From: Desulfobacterales bacterium
Lineage (GTDB): Bacteria > Desulfobacterota > Desulfobacteria > Desulfobacterales > UBA5852
Direction: 5' to 3'
DNA length: 64,000 nucleotides
NCBI GenBank assembly: GCA_963674755.2
Contig: CAXXVS010000003.1
Coordinates: 1,856,001 to 1,920,000, forward strand
Part shown: positions 59,194 to 64,000 of the stretch, in pieces
Numbering within the stretch: the first letter of the stretch is position 1
How the letters are laid out: each line of letters opens with the position of its first letter
The notes under the pieces: generated by a model
What the model saw: the letters and a program-made list of their open reading frames with translations, nothing else
What the model was told of the DNA's origin: nothing
Database searches by the model: none
Made by a program: the position numbers and the translations under genes

Positions 59194-61122
59194 ATGGAAG
59201 ACCGCGACGACCTGTTAAAGTACACGATCCCCCAGCTGCTGCGCTGGCGGGTGCGGCAATCCGGCGACAAGGTGGCCCTGCGGGAAAAGGATTTCGGCCG
59301 CTGGAACACCTTCACCTGGAAAGATTACTACGACCACGTGCGCAAGTCCGGATTGGGCCTGGCCCGACTCGGCCTGGAGAAGGGCGACCGGATTGCCCTC
59401 ATCGGGGACAATATCCCCGAGCTGCTGTTCGTGGCTGTCGGGGCCCAGGCTCTGGGGGGCATCTCGGCCGGGCTCTACCAGTCCAGCCTGCCCAAGGAGA
59501 TCGCCGGCATCCTGAACTACCTGGGGGTCAGCATCGTCTTTTGCGACGACCAGGAGCAGGTGGACAAGCTGATCGAGGTCCGTCAGGAAATCCCCCAGGT
59601 GCGCAAGGTGATCTTCGAAGATCCGCGTGGCATGCGCAGCTACCGTTCGGATGACTGGTTCATGTCCATCGAGGAGCTCTACCGCATGGGTGATGCGGTG
59701 CACGCCGAGGCCCCCGAGCGCTTCGAGCAGTTGGTGGACCAGGGCGCACCGGACGACATCTGCCATCTCTGCCTCACGTCGGGCACCACCGGGCTGCCCA
59801 AGGGGGCCGAGATGATGCACCGCAACTACATCAACATGGGGTTGCAGATCACCAAGGTCGATCCCCTGGAAGAAACGGACGAATATCTCTCCTTTCTGCC
59901 CTTCGCCTGGATTGGCGAGCAGATGAACTCCTTCGGGGTGGCGCTGGCCACGGGCATCACCGTCAATTTCCCGGAATCCGTGGAAACCGCCATGGAAGAC
60001 CTGAAGGAGATCGGGCCGCACTTCGTCTTCGGGGCCCCGCGCATCTATGAGACCATCCGCTCCCAGATCTGGCTCAAGATCGACGAATCCTATCGTCTGA
60101 ACCAGGCCTTCTACCGCTATTTCATGACGGTGGGGGAGGTGGCGGCCACCTACCGCATGTCCGGCAAGGCCATGCCACCCTTGCTGCGTTTCAAGGCCTG
60201 GCTCGGCCAGACCCTGGTATTCCGGCCCCTGATCAACCAAATCGGTTTTCTCCGGCTGCGGCGGGCTTATACCGGCGGCGCGGCCCTGGGGCCGGAGCTG
60301 TTCACTTTTTACCAGGCCATCGGCATCAACCTGAAGCAGATCTATGGCCAGACCGAGATTACAGGCATCGCCTACATGCACTCGGACGGCGACGTGACCC
60401 CGGATACGGTGGGCATCCCGCTGCCCAGGACCGAGTGCAAGATCTCCGAGGAAGGGGAGATCCTCTCCCGTTCGCCCTCGGTCTGCCGGGGCTACTACAA
60501 ACTGCCCGAAAAGACCGCCGAACTGTTGACCGAGGGCTGGCTGCACTCCGGCGATGCGGGCTACATCGACGACAAGGGGCATCTGGTGGTGATCGACCGG
60601 CTGACGGACGTGATGCACAACCGCACCGGGGAGATGTTCAGCCCCCAGTTTCTGGAGAACAAGCTCAAGTTCAGTCCCTACATCAAGGAGGCCGTGATTT
60701 TCGGCGACCAGCGCGACTTTGTCTCCGCCCTGATCAATATCGATCCGATCATCGTGGGCAAATGGGCCGAGGACCGGGGCATCTCCTTTACGACCTTCAT
60801 GGACCTGTCCCTCAGGCCGGAGGTGGCCGAGTTGATCGGCCAGCAGATCGGCGACTTCAACCGCAACGTGGAAAAACCCCACTTCCGCATCCGGCGCTGG
60901 GCCATGCTCTACAAGCTCCTGGATGTGGACGACGGCGAATTGACCAAAACCGGCAAGATTCGGCGCAAGTACGTCCGTGAAAAGTACGAAGAACTCTACC
61001 AGGCGCTCTACGACGAGACGGTGGGGGAGAAAAAGGTTCAGGCCCAGTTCCAATACCAGGACGGCCAAATCACCACCGTGGAAACCCTGCTGCCGTTTTA
61101 CACGATGGAAGAGGTGTCATGA
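59194..61122 (+). CDS. Long-chain acyl-CoA synthetase (AMP-binding)
   Basis: TSGTTGLPKG, YGQTE, SGDAG, TGKIRR. Confidence 0.92.
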   Translation: MEDRDDLLKYTIPQLLRWRVRQSGDKVALREKDFGRWNTFTWKDYYDHVRKSGLGLARLGLEKGDRIALIGDNIPELLFVAVGAQALGGISAGLYQSSLPKEIAGILNYLGVSIVFCDDQEQVDKLIEVRQEIPQVRKVIFEDPRGMRSYRSDDWFMSIEELYRMGDAVHAEAPERFEQLVDQGAPDDICHLCLTSGTTGLPKGAEMMHRNYINMGLQITKVDPLEETDEYLSFLPFAWIGEQMNSFGVALATGITVNFPESVETAMEDLKEIGPHFVFGAPRIYETIRSQIWLKIDESYRLNQAFYRYFMTVGEVAATYRMSGKAMPPLLRFKAWLGQTLVFRPLINQIGFLRLRRAYTGGAALGPELFTFYQAIGINLKQIYGQTEITGIAYMHSDGDVTPDTVGIPLPRTECKISEEGEILSRSPSVCRGYYKLPEKTAELLTEGWLHSGDAGYIDDKGHLVVIDRLTDVMHNRTGEMFSPQFLENKLKFSPYIKEAVIFGDQRDFVSALINIDPIIVGKWAEDRGISFTTFMDLSLRPEVAELIGQQIGDFNRNVEKPHFRIRRWAMLYKLLDVDDGELTKTGKIRRKYVREKYEELYQALYDETVGEKKVQAQFQYQDGQITTVETLLPFYTMEEVS

Positions 61123-62012
61123 GTTATTTTTTTCAGCTGGTCGTCAGCGGCATCGTCGTGGGGTCGATCTATGCCCTGTCGGCGTTGGGATTCGTTCTGA
61201 TCTACAAATCCAGCCGGGTGCTGAACATCGCCCACGGGCAAATCATCGCCGGCGGCGCTTTTATCACTTACGCCCTCACCGTCTGGATCGGCCTTCCCAT
61301 CCTCCTCTCGTTTGTGGCCAGCATGGTGATCACCTTTTTTCTGGCCATGAGTGTCGAGCGGGTCTTCCTGCGCCGGCTGATCGGGGAGCCCATCATTTCG
61401 GTCATCATGGTGACCATCGGCCTGATGTCCATCCTGGACGGGGTCATTTACCTGACCCCCTTCGGCTCGATGAACTATTCCTTCCCGGAGTTTCTGCCGA
61501 CCACCCCCATCAGCCTGGGAGACGTATCCATCTCCTGGACCCAATTGATGGGGGTGATCATTACCGCCATTCTGATCGGGGCCTTTTCGTGGTTTTTCAA
61601 ACGCGCCACCCTGGGGATCAGCATGCGTGCGGTATCCGACGACCAGTTGGCTTCCATGAGCGTGGGCATTTCCGTGCCGCGGGTCTTCGGCCTGGCCTGG
61701 GCCATGGCCGGCCTCAGCGCGGCCGCGGCCGGCGGCATCATCGGCAACATTACCGGGCTGAACTTCGAAACCTTGCAGGCTTTTGGCATTACCGTATTTC
61801 CGGTGGTCATCCTGGGGGGGCTGGATTCCATCATCGGCGCCGTGGTGGCGGGCATCATCATGGGGCTTATCCAGCAATTCGCCTCGGGCTATCTGGACGG
61901 CAACTGGGGGCTCAACGGGACCGCCGATGTGCTGCCTTATATCATTCTTCTGATTATTCTCCTGTTCAAGCCCCACGGCCTGTTCGGGACGCATGAAATC
62001 GAGCGAGTCTGA
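61119..62012 (+). CDS. Branched-chain-type ABC permease (LivH-like)
   Basis: GSIYAL..LGFVLIY, MRAVSDD, VILGGL. Confidence 0.92.
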   Translation: MSYFFQLVVSGIVVGSIYALSALGFVLIYKSSRVLNIAHGQIIAGGAFITYALTVWIGLPILLSFVASMVITFFLAMSVERVFLRRLIGEPIISVIMVTIGLMSILDGVIYLTPFGSMNYSFPEFLPTTPISLGDVSISWTQLMGVIITAILIGAFSWFFKRATLGISMRAVSDDQLASMSVGISVPRVFGLAWAMAGLSAAAAGGIIGNITGLNFETLQAFGITVFPVVILGGLDSIIGAVVAGIIMGLIQQFASGYLDGNWGLNGTADVLPYIILLIILLFKPHGLFGTHEIERV

Positions 62013-62015
62013 ACC

Positions 62016-63110
62016 ATGTCGACCAATCGATGGTTTGCCACAGGGAATTTTTTCACCAGCTACCGGGAAGAGCAGCGGATCTTCAAGACGCACGTCGACC
62101 GGCTGTTTTTTATCGCCTTCATCGTCAGCCTCTTCGTCTGGCCGCTCTTCATCGCCACCAGCAACCGCAATATGCTCGTGATCAACAACATGCTGATCGC
62201 CGTGGTGGCGGTTTACGGCCTGAATCTGGTGACCGGATTCGCCGGACTGATCTCCATCGGCCACGCCGCCTTTGTGGGCATCGGCGCCTATACCCTGGCC
62301 GCAACGGCCCGCACCATCGGTGACAGCCATGTCCTGATCACCCATGCCTGGCCCCTCATGATCATCGTTTCCGGTCTGGTGGGGGCGGCCTTCGGCGCCT
62401 TCGTGGGGCTGCCGGCCATGCGTCTCAAACATCTCTATCTGGCCATCGCGACCCTCTCGTTTCAGATGATTTTCACCTGGACCATCAAATTCATGACCTT
62501 TTTCAACCAGGGCCAGATGATACCGGTGGGCCGGGTCTACTGGATTACGGGCCGTATCGGGCGCAGCAACCATTATTTCTTCTGGTACTATGTGATTTTA
62601 GTGACGGCGGTGATCTGCGGTCTGGCCGTCCGCAACCTGCTGCGCACCCGCTATGGGCGCTGCCTGGTGGCGGTCCGGGACAACGACCGGGCCGCGGACG
62701 CCATGGGGATGCACCCGGGGCTGACCAAAGTCTATGCCTTTGCCCTGGCGGGGTTTTTCGCCGGAGTCGCCGGAGCGTTGCATACCTATATGTATCGCGG
62801 GGCCGGCTTCGAGTCGTTCACCCTGCACCACTCGATCATCTACCTGGCCATGGCCATCGTGGGGGGGCTGGGCACCCTGCCGGGGAGTTTTCTGGGTCCG
62901 GTGGCCATTCAGGCCCTCCAGCTGCAGATGGAACATCTTTCCGAATGGGCCGGCCACTATCTGCCCGCCAGCATGAATCTGGCCACGGCCCTGAAGCCCC
63001 TCGGATTCGGCCTGGTGATCGTCCTGTTTTTGATGTTCGAACCGCGGGGAGTGGCCAACTGGTGGCGTATTTGCCGTTCGTATGTCAAGCTCTGGCCCTT
63101 CCGTTATTAA
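62016..63110 (+). CDS. Branched-chain-type ABC permease (LivM-like)
   Basis: GLISIGHAAF, YLAIATL, AVRDN, IVGGLG. Confidence 0.92.
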   Translation: MSTNRWFATGNFFTSYREEQRIFKTHVDRLFFIAFIVSLFVWPLFIATSNRNMLVINNMLIAVVAVYGLNLVTGFAGLISIGHAAFVGIGAYTLAATARTIGDSHVLITHAWPLMIIVSGLVGAAFGAFVGLPAMRLKHLYLAIATLSFQMIFTWTIKFMTFFNQGQMIPVGRVYWITGRIGRSNHYFFWYYVILVTAVICGLAVRNLLRTRYGRCLVAVRDNDRAADAMGMHPGLTKVYAFALAGFFAGVAGALHTYMYRGAGFESFTLHHSIIYLAMAIVGGLGTLPGSFLGPVAIQALQLQMEHLSEWAGHYLPASMNLATALKPLGFGLVIVLFLMFEPRGVANWWRICRSYVKLWPFRY

Positions 63111-63388
63111 GGAGTGATCATCCATAAATGGTAGAATTCGGTTCCTGGCAAGGCTCGAGCGCGTTTTCCCATTTCGCGGGACTTCCCATCCGATTGATTC
63201 CGAACGGTGGGTGTCAACCGGAGGAATAGCGCGCGATTTCGAGGATTGAAAACAAGCGCGAACGCGGCCAGGGGCCGAAGGATGCCATCTACGGATGGGC
63301 ACTAGGGAGGTTCCGGGATATCGGGCGGCCCGCGATAAGCCGCGGCGCCGCCGAACGAGGTTCACCCATCACCAATAAAGGGGGAGAA

Positions 63389-64000
63389 ATGAAAAGAAAT
63401 CTTCATCGGCTATGGGTTGTTGCAATAGCACTTGGGTTGGCCGTCATGCTCACGGTACCGGCCCAGGCCGCCGAAACCTACCAGCTCGGTTTGTCGCTGG
63501 CCATAACCGGTCCCACCTCGGATGCCGGCAATCCTTACTCCAAGGGCGTGGAAGACTATATCAATTTCGCCAACGAGACCAAGATCCTGGGGGATGCCAA
63601 GATCGACTGCCCCATCCGCGACGACATGTACGAGACCGCCGTGACCAAACGCAACTTCGAGGATTTCCTCGATCAGGGCATGGTGCTCTTCCTGAGCTAT
63701 GCCACGGGTGCCAACCAGGCCCTGGCCCAGGACTACAACGAGGTCAAGATTCCGGTAATCCCGGCCTCCATGGATAGTTCGCTGGTGAAGGCCTCCCCGT
63801 ACATTTTTCTCCCCATTCTCTCCTATTCCCACCAGTATGTCGGCGCGGCCGAATACGTGGCGAAACATCACAAGGGGAGCGGTGTGCCCAAGGTGGCCGC
63901 GTTTATTCATCCTTCGGCCTTTGGGCGGGCGCCCCTGGCGGATTTCAAGGCGGCTCTGGCCGCGGGATTGAAGCTGGATCTGGTCGAGGTCGTCGAACAC
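63389..64000 (+). CDS. ABC substrate-binding protein, partial (runs off the right edge)
   Basis: GGGGAG RBS; signal peptide MKRNLHRLWVVAIALG...AQA; GLSLAITGPTSDAG; frame open to the edge. Confidence 0.85.
   Translation, partial: MKRNLHRLWVVAIALGLAVMLTVPAQAAETYQLGLSLAITGPTSDAGNPYSKGVEDYINFANETKILGDAKIDCPIRDDMYETAVTKRNFEDFLDQGMVLFLSYATGANQALAQDYNEVKIPVIPASMDSSLVKASPYIFLPILSYSHQYVGAAEYVAKHHKGSGVPKVAAFIHPSAFGRAPLADFKAALAAGLKLDLVEVVEH

Noticed and set aside
1..64000. CRISPR array, reverse transcriptase (retron/DGR) or integron attC array
   Set aside because: No regularly spaced repeat-spacer units, RT motifs or integron-integrase features seen

Overview
The window looks like a sulfate-reducing deltaproteobacterium (Desulfobacterales-like; inferred from gene content and the tmRNA tag) and has three zones. 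(1) 1-11.2 kb: a sigma54-controlled molybdoenzyme cluster of the TtrBCA/SrdBCA type with a TorD chaperone and FmdE. Its regulators are an AioX/PhnD-like lipoprotein and a membrane-anchored HAMP-GAF-AAA+ activator, with no histidine kinase nearby. (2) about 11.5-51.9 kb: a mosaic genomic island abutting the 3' end of tmRNA (ssrA). Its right arm is a satellite-like core (tyrosine integrase, excisionase, HGGxSTG protein, primase-helicase, iteron ori) that unusually carries its own DnaE polymerase, which appears to lack the internal clamp-binding segment, plus Rha repeats, a broken Rad52/Sak gene and an AAA-VWA module. Its left part is a decaying prophage and defence hotspot: an AT-rich three-gene nuclease operon, PD-(D/E)XK, HEPN, Lit-like, DUF488 and RES genes, three serine resolvase copies and four IS elements. 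(3) 51.9-64 kb: core genome with ssrA, an EamA transporter, smpB, ptsI/ptsH, a LOG protein and an acyl-CoA ligase/branched-chain-type ABC operon. The second att copy was not found. All product calls come from reading motifs by eye; no searches were run.
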